Part shown: positions 11,859 through 24,896 of the stretch, piece after piece | Position numbering within the stretch: position 1 is the first letter of the stretch | Layout of the letters: every line of letters starts with the position of its first letter | DNA from: Fistulifera solaris | Taxonomy: Eukaryota | Reading direction: 5' to 3' | Assembly (NCBI GenBank): GCA_030295235.1 | Contig: AP026154.1 | Location: 310,001-374,000 of the forward strand | Length of the DNA stretch: 64,000 nucleotides | Notes under the pieces: model-generated | Database searches by the model: none | Told to the model about the DNA's origin: nothing | What the model saw: only the letters and a program-made list of their open reading frames with translations | Made by a program: the position numbers and the translations under genes

Positions 11859-14800
11859 ATGGCGTTTTCGTTCAATGCGGGCGACGCATCAACGAATGCC
11901 GGAGGATTCAACTTTGGTGCAGGGACTCCAGCACCCGCAACGGGAGGAGGATTTAGCTTCGCATCCACTCCCTCTGCATCTCAAAGTAGTGCTTTTGCCT
12001 CGACGAATACTAGTACTCCGCAGCAACCCACTACAACAACAACAACTACTACTAGTACCAACTATGTCGTGGCTTCGGATTTTCACAAAGTATTTCCCGG
12101 AATGACACTCGCTCCCCAACTCATGGCCATTCTTTCCGATAACTTCGCATCCGTTCATGTACAACAAGAACTACTGGAATTACTTCCCGAATGCTACGAA
12201 TGGCTTTTGAAGATAGAAGTTCCCACCATGATTCCAGCCAATTTGACTCTGAGACAACAAATGGAACAGCAACAACACGTACAGCTCAGTGATGGACAAA
12301 TTGCACCGCTCAACAAAAAGTTATTGCAGCAAATCAAAAGTCTCGCGGACGATTTGCACCTCGCGGAAGTGGACGCCATTGCCTTGTTGCAACACGCGGG
12401 ACTGGATCACGTCCGACACGAGTTACAGGAAGGAGGACCCTTGGTCGTACCCGTCAGTGCCACGGCAACCCCAATTGTCGACAATGTCGCGTGGGCAGCT
12501 CGGGAATTGTATTTCCTACAAAGACGAGTGCAATTTCAGTCCTTGTTGCAATTGTGGCAATGGCGAGCGGGCGCCGTCGTGGCGACCTCGTGTGAACGCA
12601 TCTTGCGCGCGACGGATCCGTTGCTGGAAAACGAACTCATTCCGAGGATGATAGAATTTGTGCGACAGGCAACCACGCGCATCGGTCAGTGGATGGTGGA
12701 AGTGAGCAAATTGGAAGAAGAGGACAAACGCAGGGAATTAAATTATGCCAAACTGCATTTACAGCAGTTGGTAGAGGAGCGTCAGTGTGTCGTCGAATGT
12801 CTTTTCTTTATTGCGTATCATACGCAAATGACGTGTCAAGAAGTCGTGGATATGGTGGATGTGATTGGTCAGTTGACGAATCGTGATGGGCCGAATGGCG
12901 GTCTCCCTATTCTGGATCCGTTCCGGGACGTCCCCGACGTTCATATTACTACAGGACTTGCGACATGGGGACCGACCACCACCGTTTTGAAGAAACGCGA
13001 GGATTGGGAAAAGGAGTGGGTCGAACACGCGTGGACTTCGGGAAAGGCTCCGCTCTCGCAATGTGTGGCCGTTCTCGTGGTGGCAGTCATGGCCGCCCTC
13101 GACACCAAAAACGCTCTTGATGGATCGACAGAGGCACGGTCCGAACGCGTTTGGTGTGGTAAGTAACGAGACGTCGTATTGCTTCATTTGACGATCTCCG
13201 TCGTCTCAGTTTTTGATAATTTGTCAAAACATAGGGAAATGCACTATTGCCATTTGGAAGTACTTCGTTGGAAGGGATCCGTGATTTGAATCAGCGGTTC
13301 AGTCAAGAAGCACAGGAGAATTGGGAGCGAAAGGACATTCTTGGACTTCTTATGCTGGCTCATGCGATGCTTTTGCGATCGTGCCCAGCTCTACTGTCGT
13401 CTCCTCGTGCGGGATCGTTGTCGCCACTTGCAGGAACGACCGATTTGAAGAAACTCTGGCGGGAGTGCATCGATGCTCCGCGGTCTTTCAAGAGTATTAC
13501 ATATGCCCGACTATCTCTCATACCCACACTGCATGTACCTCTTAGTCTTTTCTCGAATAGTAGCTGTGATGTGTCGGACTTCTTATTGTCAACGCTTTCT
13601 GATTTTGCCGCGCACTATCTGGACACGCTCAGTATGAGTGGTGGTTGGCCGATCTCCAGAGAAAAATGGATGCAAGAAGCAAAAGAAGATTTGAAGATTC
13701 GTCAGGTATACGAAGAACAACAGCGACAATTCGCTTACCAATTCAACACTTCCTGGGGCGTATCGCAACAAAGCAACATGTCGGAGACGATCGATTTGCT
13801 GCAAAGACCCGACTGCATGGATGATCTAATCGCATTTGCATCCGCTCTTTGTTCCCTCAAACCCCATTATGCGATGAAATTTTGGGCACTAGAAGAAGCT
13901 GATGGTGATTCTCAACATCAGCTTGTCCGCAGTCGTACTCTCCGTGATCTAAAAGACCAACAGATTGGAGACGATAGTCTCAGGGCATCCTACATATCTT
14001 TTCTTGCTGGTCTTGCTCTTGCTTCCAGCCTACGATGGGAAGATTGATGGCGCCGCTACTGTATTTGAAATGCTGTTGGACGAAAGGTGTCAGAGTCCAG
14101 ACGACACTATGACCTGGACATCGGTTGTGCAGATACTAAAATGGTACGCTACCCAACTCGGTTCGGAAACGTCCTCGAGCGGGCAAGCGGGCACATCCCG
14201 TACACAGACTAGGTCAGGAACAGCCTATTACTACGATGATGACTACAGTACTCGTCCGCAGTATCAGCGAGCTGCGGCTGTCGCGACATCCGCGAAAGAT
14301 CGGGAACTGGACGAGGATAACATCTATTTCCTTTTGGCCAACCTCTCTTTGATAACCAATGTTGTTGCAAGACATCCCGTTGCGCGTTTACGCCTTCTAC
14401 AGGTTGGTGCACCTTCTCATAGCTCTGATGGCAGTGAAGTCGTAAAACAAGATTCGACTTTGCAAGTAATGTTCGACTTATTGGTCAAAGCGGTGACACC
14501 CGAGGTGAGGGGCAAAATTTTTTCTACAATATCCGAATTGATTAATTGTGATGGGCTCGACGGTGACAATGATACGCAGATGAATGATTTTGTAAGGGAG
14601 TGTTGGAAGCTTGTAGAAGAGTATCAGGTGCTTCCCATCTACCTTTTGGAGCAATATCCTTCCCTTTCTTCGTCAGAAACGTCCGAAATCCCTCATTTCT
14701 CTTTTCCTTCATGCTCAATGTCTTTGGTACGTTTTACCACAGGTTGTTTTTCTTCGAGTATTGCACGAGGTTCTTACACTTTTGTAGGTTGGCTCTAGCC

Positions 14801-17800
14801 AGCGCAAGTCCTGGATACCGGCTGATCCTAGGTATTCTATTCTCTACGAAATGGAGTACGTGGAGGCGGCCACGGGCGTTTATCCCTCTACGAAAGGTTT
14901 TCTTGACATGTTAAAGTCTTTAATAAAGAGCGGCATTTGTCCTAATGACCTTGGCTCTGTGTGGCGTAGTCGGACTGGCTGCACACCGTACATCGAATAT
15001 GTTGTCGATTACATCCTCCCAAGATTGTCTCGACCTTTCCAAGGATTCCCACTGCTACCTTTTCGATCTAGTAACGACAAATTGTCAATTACTGTCCGGG
15101 CATGCGAAATCGTGAAAGAAGCTTTATCGAATTATTTGATAGCAGAAGCGATAGGCGACACATATGAACTCTGCTTACTCAAGGCAAAAGCGGTTCTTGG
15201 TATAGATAATCTTGCGGATTCTGTTGTCACTCAACCGAGAATGACCGATGGCCCCCTTGATTATTTGCGGGATTTTGGGCTTCTATTGAGCGGGACATCA
15301 AACTCAGTCGAAGGCTCAAAGCTAAACAATGCAAAAGTAGAAATTGGCGCGCCAATAATTGAACCGGCCCAAACGTTCAAAGCTGGGTTCCCGCCCACGA
15401 AAAGTATGGGTCTAACTATCTTGTCGAGTATTCTCTCCCTCACCGATGCTACTCTATTTGAAACCCTTGTGCTATTGACGAGGGACCTTGCTGAGTCCTT
15501 CCCTGGCTCTACTGCGTCTGATCAATTTTCTGCTGCAGCCGCTCTCTACATTGCCACTCCGCCCTCTTTTCTGTCGTCGAAGGACGGAAGTAGGGTGTCG
15601 AATGCTCCTTTCTCCGAGTATAACGCTCTTGAAGCACTACGCCCTTCCTTGTCATCATGTAGCGTTTCAAGAACGTTGAAGTACAGACAACGACTCGAGG
15701 TGGCTATCTTGCAGATTCTTTGCGCTGCTTTGGTTCGCGAGGAGGCTCTGATTGCGTTGAAAAATTCCGCGAAGAGAAAAATCTCTGTTTTTTCGATCCT
15801 TGCATTTGAAGCAAATGGCCAGCGCTATTCCAACGTGAAAGAACGAGATCTTCATCTGACTCAATTGTCAAAACATATCGAGTCTGTGGACATGCGCTCT
15901 TCTTTTCTTCTTGATCTGATTGCCATGTCATCTGTTTCGACAAAGCTAGATGAGATCTATCGTGTTCAACGAGCTTCCGCCGCAACTGCCATTATTTTCT
16001 ACGTCCAACGATCCTTAGGTTCGTTGAAAGACACCGACCTATTGGTCCGTCGTCGTGACGGTCGCAACGGGCTCTTGGCACGTGCGTTCGCCTCTCAGTT
16101 GCTTTGCTCCTCTGAACTGCTTCCCAATGAAGCCGCATCGGAACTTATTGAGGTCATTTTGGGTACTTTAGTAAAAGAATTGCGATTGATAAAACAATCT
16201 GCCAACGCGTCTTTTTTACTGGCGTTACTGGGTTTACCCGAGGATATGAGCACAGATTTATTGATTTTCAAGAAATCGGGTCAGCAACGAATTGGAGATT
16301 GTTTTGATGCGATCCTCCAACTTATCGAGCGCCAGTGCTTCGAGCAGTATGTCGAGCACTTCTTCCTTGGATCCATGTGCTATGAAATTATGTACCGCCT
16401 TTGTTCCTTTAATGCCGCATCATTTAGTCAAGTGGCAGCATCTTATGCAGTCCAGCGACTTCGGGATGTCGATTTTTGGCCACAGCAATTGAAGGTGGGG
16501 CTTTTAAGTGCTAGTGAAGTAGCCAGTTCCAACAACGCCCAGTCATTGTACAAAGTGCATGCTTTGTCTTGGATAATGAAAGGAGCAGCGGCTGAACTTG
16601 GAGTCATTTGCGGATTAGGAAAACCTTCTTCCGGAAGTAGTGTCACTCGGAACACTGATCAGTATTCACGTTTCATGCGCCGCGTATTCGACATAAATTT
16701 CTTCGCTAACATCTTGGACGTTTTACCCTTGGAGAAAATGCCGTTAGATCATTCGCTTTCTCCTCCATCTGAATCCAATATTCGCTCATCGAAGGTAATG
16801 ATCAACGGATCTCCCGATGTTGTTGATGGCTACGAATTAGTGGACGGAAAAAAGCTGTGCAAATCTGCTAATGTTTCCAGTGGTTCTATTGAAGAAAATT
16901 CTTTATGTCGCTGGTCCGAGCAATGGAATTTCCATGTGATGAAAGACTGCGCGTCGGCTCATATGGGAAACGCGCTTTACATGCTTGTAGGTTGCGCTAG
17001 CAGTACCGCAAAGGTTGATGTATATCCGGCATACGAAAGCGCCTCCTGGCTACAGCTTCTTAGTGCGATGCTGGATCGAATGTCTACGAATAGTTTACAC
17101 TGTGGTCATCCTTTCGACTCAGTTTACTATACTACTGCTTCGAGAAACTTGGCTTTGGCTATGTTTATGGCTTCGGAGCTTGTACGTTCGAATGATTCAC
17201 ACGATTTTTCTTCGATTGCGTATACGTGCAAGCAGATTTCAAGATTGATCGCTTGTTCCGACGAAGACCGCGGCAGCGGACCCGGTCGTGGCAGAAAAGC
17301 TGAACGAACTGCTATCTTGGCCACTTCATTGTCACAGTTGCTGAGTCTTTTACCAGCTAACCAAATGCGCGATCACATCGAAGATATTCGAAATGCTGCT
17401 ATTGTTCTTGCGGGACTTGCAACAGAGCAGTCTCTGGGTAATATTCTCTCGTCGGAATGTTTAGCATCGCGAGCTTGTTTGATGCAGATATTCCGCATGC
17501 ATTTCGACGATCATGAAAATTTTTACCGCCTGGTTCTGACTTATAGCACGAGATCACATGCTGGTGGTTTGGTGGTTGACTTGATTAGCCCTGTTCGTAC
17601 TCTTGACGGTAGTATTATACCTTTGCTTCTTGTTATCGCTCAAACAAGGGGCGGATCCGACCTTCTGATACAAAGAGGAATTTTGGATGCATTGCTAGAT
17701 GCAGCACGGAAATACAGCGCCGAAGAAAGCACATTTCTCGCCTCGCATTCCGCAACCGCGGCCTATGGCAATAAAGATATTGTGACGCCAAGCTTTTTCG

Positions 17801-18821
17801 TGGACCACGTGAGGCTCATGATCGCGATTCTTAGCAATCAAAGTGATTCAGGGTTGAAGAAAGCTTCAGATATTTCTGACCGCCTATCAACTATTTTGTA
17901 TACTTACCAACCGTTGATCGAAAGACTGGTTTCATCGTTCCCCATAGACGGTGATAAGCTTCGGGTTGTAATCCAGTGCATCGCGAAGATATATGTATCG
18001 TCTGCACGTCAAAATGCAATCAACTCACAATCTCTTGTTTACACAAAACGGGATGCGCGTTACGCAATCGAAGCAAAAGTTGTCGACCTGATTATGCATA
18101 TGACAGAGAACCCGCTACCTACTTCCATCCAAAAGCCCCTGCCGGTAATTTTGGAGAAGAGCGAAGACTTGAACGTAACGTCATTCGTTACCTCAAAAAA
18201 TCTTTCCAAGACGTGGTGGGACTCATTAGGCGTCATTGCATCGGATATTGTAAAGATCTGCAATTTGGCTAGTCTTGGTGTCAAAACGATTCGAGATGGT
18301 CTACTGGTTCTGCGGCATTCTCAAATTCTGGTTCGTGAAATTAGCATCCGATCACTATCTCGAGCATTGTGCCGTTGCTTGGACGCAGCTAAAGTAAGTT
18401 CGCTATTGTACTGAAAATGAGATTTGCGATGAATCGCCTCGCCTCAAACCAAATTCTTTTCTAGTGGGCTGAATTCCACGCAGCTTCAACTGCCGCGGAC
18501 CAAGCTTTCGCATTCCGTTCTGCCGTGTTGGAATTGACGGAAGATATCATGGCATTCACTCACAGCCGCGTGCGACAACTCAAGGCCGATCAGATGTTTG
18601 ATGCTGCTGATGCTCAAATCTTACGCGCAGCGCTCGATCACGTCGCCCTAGATGCACAACAAGGTGTAAGTACTACTCGCATTTTCGTCCGTCTTTGTAT
18701 TTATACTAACGACATGGCCTTGCAGAAATTCCTATCAGGATTTCCCGTTGATGAAAATTCAGCGGACCTGACTCCCGACTTGGCAAAAGCTTTGCGACAA
18801 GAGACTGACCTTTATTGCTGA
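11859..18821 (+). CDS. NUP205: Nucleoporin Nup205/Nup192-like alpha-solenoid. Introns 13159-13234, 14727-14787, 18394-18464 and probably 18666-18725; frameshifts near 13107 and 14030
   Basis: About 2200-aa helical protein. EERQCVVECLFFIAY and YEMEYVEAATGVYPSTKGFLDML resemble Nup205 conserved blocks. FG/FxF-rich N-terminus. Confidence 0.72.
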
Positions 18822-19278
18822 ATGCGGAGATCGCTACAAGCTTATTATAATAACCTGAAAATGGAACCCTTGTTTGTCTCAAAAGTAATAATTATAAGTC
18901 ACTAACTTGCTTGCCTTGTTGGATGCTACGATATCTTTCGACTAGCTAAGAAAAAGGATATTCGGAACCTCAGCTCTTCATTCCGATTATGTGTGACGGC
19001 GATCTAGCCTCATGCCTAATCGAAAGTAATCTCAACGGAAACGGCCTTACCCTATACTCCGTAGTATTGTTTATAGTAATAACGCCTCTTAACGCTAGCG
19101 TGTTTAGGGGCAGCAGCACGAGATGCGAAAAAATGATTCCCAAGTGCGAAAACTGATGAGAAACATGAAACATGTATTTTATTTCGTACTGCGTGTCAAA
19201 CGCCCGCTGTCTTATTCGCTTTTGATCCAATTCTACTCAATCAACAATCGATACTGAGACGGCTACCCTTATAGAATC

Positions 19279-20793
19279 ATGGCATTGTTTGTCCCCGGAA
19301 AGAAGACAAAACCAGGCACCGCCGGCTTGTCCACGGCCGAACTACGTTTGCGCCGCCGTAATGCTACGACGAACGAAGATCCGCCCACAATCGAAGCACC
19401 GTCCACTGTGGAAGCATTACTAGCAGAGCGGGAGCAACTGCAGAACAGTCTCCGTACCGCACAAACGGTGCAAAAACAGGCCATTACCTTGACCGAACGC
19501 CTGGAAAAACGGTTTGCTGCCGAGAAAAAGAAGTTAGAAGAAACCATTCAATCGTTAAGAGAACGTGAAAAATCGCTCGAAGAAGCAAACCAAACGTATA
19601 AGAACGATCTCGAGCAAGCAATCGAGAACTATCAGCTGTCTAATACAGAGAAAGCCGAGCTGGAAGAGCGGTTACAGACTAAACAGAACGAATACGAAAA
19701 CACAACGCAGAGCCTCCAGTGCGTGGTTGAGGAACAATGCTGTAGAATTGCTGAGCTGGAGAAGCTTACTGAGGAAAAGCAACAAACTATACAATCGCTT
19801 GAAAGTAATGTGAGTTTTTTGAATGGTGCAATGCAACAAACGCAGGAAGACTTTGAAAGCCAAAGACAGGCAATCCTAATACTGAACAGTGAAATCGCAA
19901 AACTACAAGATGATCTCCTCGCTGAACGACAAACCAGTGCGAATGTACAAGAAGAGTACAAGCAATCGACTCATTGTTTCGTTGATGCCAAGGCTAACGC
20001 TGAAAACGCTCTTGCTGAAATGAGAAAAAAGCTGGAAGAGGAAGTCGACGCTCGGCGTGCAGTGGAACTTGTCGAGAATAAACGGAAAAATCAAGTTACG
20101 ACGCTGCTGAAGAATGTCGATCAGAAGGAGAAACGCATTGAAGAGCTTGAAGCACTCCTAAAAACAGAAGAATATACGCGGCCTACGGTAACACAAGAAA
20201 TGTCCCAACTTCAGCCAGAAGGTGACGAAGGAGGACCCCATGAACCAATAATCTGCAACCAAAACGATTCAGACAGCATTGTTTCTGAGCACAGGAGTCC
20301 GGTTAAGAAGAGGACCTCGGAATCATTACCTGAAGAGAGGAAAAGAAAAAACAGCTTTAATGCTGAATCTTTCTTGATCAATCCAAAGAGGCGCTCGTTT
20401 AGCCCATCGAAGCAAGGAAAGGATATTTCTACTTTTCATTGGAAAGATCTTCTTGTCGGCCGGCAACCTTCTAGGTCTAGTTTCCTCGCCAAGAGAAGTC
20501 TAAACTACTCGAACAGGAGCCCTGGCGATCGTTCCCAGCTCCTATCTGAGAAAAGATCGCGTTATGCCAATCGCAGTCCCCGAAAATCTATCATTCATGA
20601 TAAATTTGGGATCCTTGTCTCAAAAAACTGCACAGCCCCCAAGGCATCTTGCAATACCTCTGCGGCACCGCATTTTACACCTGGCAAAGGTTCCAGCCCA
20701 CGTACGCAAACTGAATCTACATCATCGACTAAGTCGGATGTGATCTCTACAGTGTATACTGATGACGAGCGATTCAAAATGGTTGAGATCTAA
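19279..20793 (+). CDS. Long coiled-coil protein with basic Ser/Pro-rich tail
   Basis: 504-aa ORF; E/K/Q/L heptad-like region over roughly residues 45-295, then a low-complexity tail. Confidence 0.8.
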   Translation: MALFVPGKKTKPGTAGLSTAELRLRRRNATTNEDPPTIEAPSTVEALLAEREQLQNSLRTAQTVQKQAITLTERLEKRFAAEKKKLEETIQSLREREKSLEEANQTYKNDLEQAIENYQLSNTEKAELEERLQTKQNEYENTTQSLQCVVEEQCCRIAELEKLTEEKQQTIQSLESNVSFLNGAMQQTQEDFESQRQAILILNSEIAKLQDDLLAERQTSANVQEEYKQSTHCFVDAKANAENALAEMRKKLEEEVDARRAVELVENKRKNQVTTLLKNVDQKEKRIEELEALLKTEEYTRPTVTQEMSQLQPEGDEGGPHEPIICNQNDSDSIVSEHRSPVKKRTSESLPEERKRKNSFNAESFLINPKRRSFSPSKQGKDISTFHWKDLLVGRQPSRSSFLAKRSLNYSNRSPGDRSQLLSEKRSRYANRSPRKSIIHDKFGILVSKNCTAPKASCNTSAAPHFTPGKGSSPRTQTESTSSTKSDVISTVYTDDERFKMVEI

Positions 20794-21028
20794 TCATGCG
20801 ACTATTCGAAAAAGCCAATAAACGACCTTCTTACAGGTTTAATAGACATTTTAAGCGCATACTGTAGACTTTGCGGGATATGTTGTGCTAAGCACCGTCG
20901 AATGTCGTAACATATGTTTTGGTGCCGCTGTTCCTTCAATTTGCATCAGGGGGTCAATAACTGGTCCAAGTATGAACATCGTTTTCATCAAATGAGGGCG
21001 TAGTGGTAAAGTTGAATGAAGTCTTTGA

Positions 21029-22371
21029 TCAGGTTGTCGCACATTGGTTCTTTCTCTTGCGCTTTCGAATTATTTCATGACCCATATATGTCAATGATGG
21101 AAGAGAGGCACTTTTCTCCTCAGATGATGCAGCGAGACTATCCGTTTTCCAGGTGTCATTGAATATTTGTTTACGCAGTCCACCGTATTTCTTCCTTTTC
21201 TCTCCAGACGACACTTTTTGGCTGTTGACCGACCGTGTGTCACCAAGGCGAGAAAGGGAATCACCCTCTGCTATTCGCCGACGTTGTTGCATGGGTGTTG
21301 TGTGATCTTGTTTCCTGACCAGCAGTTCCGCATCGAAATCGTTTATGTCTTTTCATGTTGAACAATAGACAAAGATGTCCCAGCCTTCTCCAGTGCGGAA
21401 GCATGACGTGAAGACCGAGTGCTCTTCTTCGTCTTCCCTTTCTTCCCTGGGTTGGGACACCAGTAAACCGTTTTCAAATCTGGCTCGGTTGGTTCATTCG
21501 ACAAAAGTGCGTTCAGCTTGTGCTTGCCTATGTTAAGAGTCTGCTTTGCAACGGCAAGCGTTGACGCACGAGCGGCGGCCTCCATTTTGTTGCATTCCGT
21601 GAGCCGCTCAATGGCCTCACGCAATCGAGAAATGTTCAAAAAGGACTTTTTCATCCTATTAGCAAATAATATCCGTTCGGTTTCTAGTTCTTTCTTCTGT
21701 GCTTCTAGTTCTTGAGCATATTCATTTTGTGTCGTTTCTAACTGAAAGGTTTCTTCTCTGATCTCTTGTAAGCTCGTCTGTAATTGGATCGATTCGTATT
21801 GCGCCTTTTCCGTAACTTGCTGAATTGCTTCCCTCCTGGATTTGATATGAATCAAAGTTTGTTGAAATCCCGCTATGTCGGTCTCTAGTTCCAGATATTT
21901 CTTCTCTTCCGTTTGCAGCGATGCCCTCTCATGTTCCAATGCCTTCGATAACTCGGCGCGTTTTGCTTCCATTTCCTGAATTTGTTCTTGCAGCCGACAA
22001 CGATCGTCGCTAATAATTCTCTCTTGCTTTTCCAGCGATTGAATCTGACTTTGCAAGTCCTGTAGCAACTGCTGTTCCTCGTCCGGCAGGGAATGGAGAC
22101 GATCTTGCCGAATTTCTTCACCCGAATGGGAATGCCGCGGCTGCTCCGAATCATCCACGGGACCCACTACGATTCCTGCCTGCAGCTCAGTTGTTGAATT
22201 ATGTATTTCTTTTTCGACCGACGTCAAAGGTGTTACCAGAACTGGCACGTCATTGTGGCGTTCTCGCTCCAGTCTCTTCCTCTTGCGTTCACGTATCTCC
22301 TTCGCGCTCAATCCAGCGGTACCGGGTTTCTTTCGAATGCCAGGAATGAAGGGTCGAAACACTGGTTCCAT
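21029..22371 (-). CDS. Coiled-coil protein sharing its N-terminal motif with the 19279 gene; frameshift at about 21350; may extend to 20851
   Basis: The 342-aa ORF joins the 21029-21292 ORF if one A is added (QHEKDINDFDAELLVRK). Coiled-coil composition. Confidence 0.72.
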
Positions 22372-23146
22372 GGTCTGAAAATTTTAGGGTCGTTCTCTAT
22401 GAACACAATCGCATCGACGACAATAAAAGTCGAGGTCGGATTGAAATTCGAGAAGAAGACGGCGAGCCGCTTAGAGTAAAATTCGCGGCTACAATCAGTA
22501 TCTCGTAGAAAGTAGGCTACGTTTTTCTCCGACTTAAATAAATCGCAGTCCCGTGAAATGTGCATTGAATTTACCCTAGTATTCGGAAATCTAGAGGCAG
22601 TATTTCAAACCATGGACGTTAATATGCTCCACCAAAGGATAAATGGATTATGCATATCAACGATGGCGTTATCGTTGATAATGTTTCCCGCTCACATTGA
22701 TGACAACCATTCAAAAAGGATAAAACGGTAACAAATAGGTCCACTGATAAATGCACGCGAAGTGTCTTTTCGACTTTAATGGGTGTTGGTAGTGCTGTTC
22801 TTATTACCAATTTCACTCCAAACGCAACATCTCGTTGTTGATTTGCTTCGAAAAAAATTCGGGATCGATAACGACGTACTTTAACCTTACTCATAAACTG
22901 AAAGTGTGATAAGTGGCGTCGCTTCATCGCTCGACTGGATTGCAGTCACGAACGTGACAGTATCTCGTAACCTTAAGAAAGGCGAAAAGTGGTGAATTAT
23001 GGCTATCGTTTTTCTTTTTTCATGCGTGTTCCGTGTTCTGCGTATTTGATTGCCATTCCTCTGAACAAAGCCATTATATACTCATTACGAGAGATATAAT
23101 TCAGGTTCCTCCTTTGCTGATAGCGCAGTGGTAAGGGGGCCGACCG

Positions 23147-24834
23147 ATGGAGACACCTAACCATGAAACATCAAGACGGAGCGACACCTCTGGGTTCTTT
23201 CGAACATTCTTGACATGTTTCCTACATTCCAGAGGTGCTCTTCCGTTGTTGTTGGTCGGAGGTCTACTGGCATTCGGTATCGGATGCGTTGTGGCCATTG
23301 TAAGCATTTTCTCGTTCATATTGTCAATGATGCAATCCTCTTTCTCATCCAATGAAACGTCTTGTAGATTCCGGATATTCTTGCGACGCGCTATGCCATG
23401 TATCATGGCTTGGAAGGTGACCAGTCCTGTGACAGTTATGTAATAAAACCGCTGGGTTGTGTGGCTGGTTCCGAAGAGGCACAATCGGCGGCGGCCTTTT
23501 GGAATTTTGTCACCAAAGGACTGACGTTTGTGTTCAACCCGATCATGGGCAGTCGTTCCGATCAAGGACGCCGGCCGATTTTGATCACCGGTTTGTTTCT
23601 CTCGTGTCTTCCGGCCTCGGTGTTTTTGTTGCTGGTCATGATACCGACGCTTCATCCATTTTGGTTCAACATCAGTAACAGCCTGATGGGTGTCGTTGAC
23701 ATGATCAGCATCATGTTTGCTTGTCTTTCCGATACAATTCCTACCCAGTTTCGAGCGGCGGGTTTTGGTTTACTCATGAGCGCCTTTTACGGAGGATTTG
23801 CCCTGGCACCTTCTTTCATGTTGTTTCTGAATGCCCAACAGTTGGCGGTTACGTCTCTGGGACTCATCAGTACATCGTTCCTCTTTGCTCTTATCTTCAT
23901 GCCGGAGACCGTGTCAGAAGACGGGAGAAGGGTCAGTGAGGAGCAGCGTTTCCAATTACGACTAGAAAGAAACAATTGGATCAACTCGTGTTGCTATAGT
24001 CTCCGGCGACCACTTCGTGAAATGTCGATCCTGCGTCAGAGTCTGTCACTCCTACTGGTTACGATCGTATCGTTCTTGAGTGCCATGGTCTTTGCTTCGG
24101 ATGCTACACTGGTCCTTTATTATGCACAAGAACGCTTAAATGTACACCCTCACGATTTTGCTACCATGTTTTTGTTGCTGGGTGTAGTGGGGATCCTGGT
24201 ACAGGCCGCGTTCCTTCCACCACTGCTCCGAGTAATGGGAGAACATGCCTTACTGGTGGCGAGTTGTCTTTGTGGCGCAGTCCATAACTTGGTAAGTTCG
24301 TTTCTACTGCTTTCTAGTTTTAGTTGGCAACAGGTCTTGTAATAGACAATAAAAGAACTCACACTCATTGTCATTAAAAAGATGTATGGTCTGGCAAGAA
24401 AAAAGAAATCATTATACATCGCGTTTGTAGTGTCCCAATTTACCAAATTGAGTTTTCCAACCTTGTCCTCTCTCGCGTCGAAGCACGTTTTTGAATACGA
24501 ACAAGGTCGGTTACAAGGTGCGCTTTTTGCCACAAATGCTGTGGCCGGGGCGTTGGGTCCTCTGGCCATGGAATTTATATACAATCGAACCAAAGATAAC
24601 CTATTTCCTGGTTTCATGTTTGTATTCGCCGCATCTCTTTATTTCGTTGGTGCATTGGTGGCGACGATCATACCATTTGTGTCTGATGGATCGAGAGGGA
24701 TTGTATCATCTGACTTACAAGATCCACTCTTGGCGGAAATGCCTTCCGACGAACTTTTGGCACAAGAGCCAGATGAATGTCTCCAAGATGAGGTCCTGCA
24801 GAGACAGACCAAGGACGAGATAGTTTGCACATAA
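23147..24834 (+). CDS. MFS transporter (MFSD14/HIAT1/TetA-like). Introns 23300-23367 and 24292-24381
   Basis: About 12 hydrophobic segments; MFS motif-A-like GSRSDQGRRP and EQGRLQGA. Introns restore a single frame. Confidence 0.88.
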
Positions 24835-24896
24835 CCTTCTAACATGAAACCCCCAACAAAGTTCAGTAAAATTGTTTTAATACGCGTAGATTGTAG

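Noticed and set aside
19150..19175. Hammerhead-like CTGATGAG...GAAA
   Set aside because: No stem II between the core motifs and no flanking helices.
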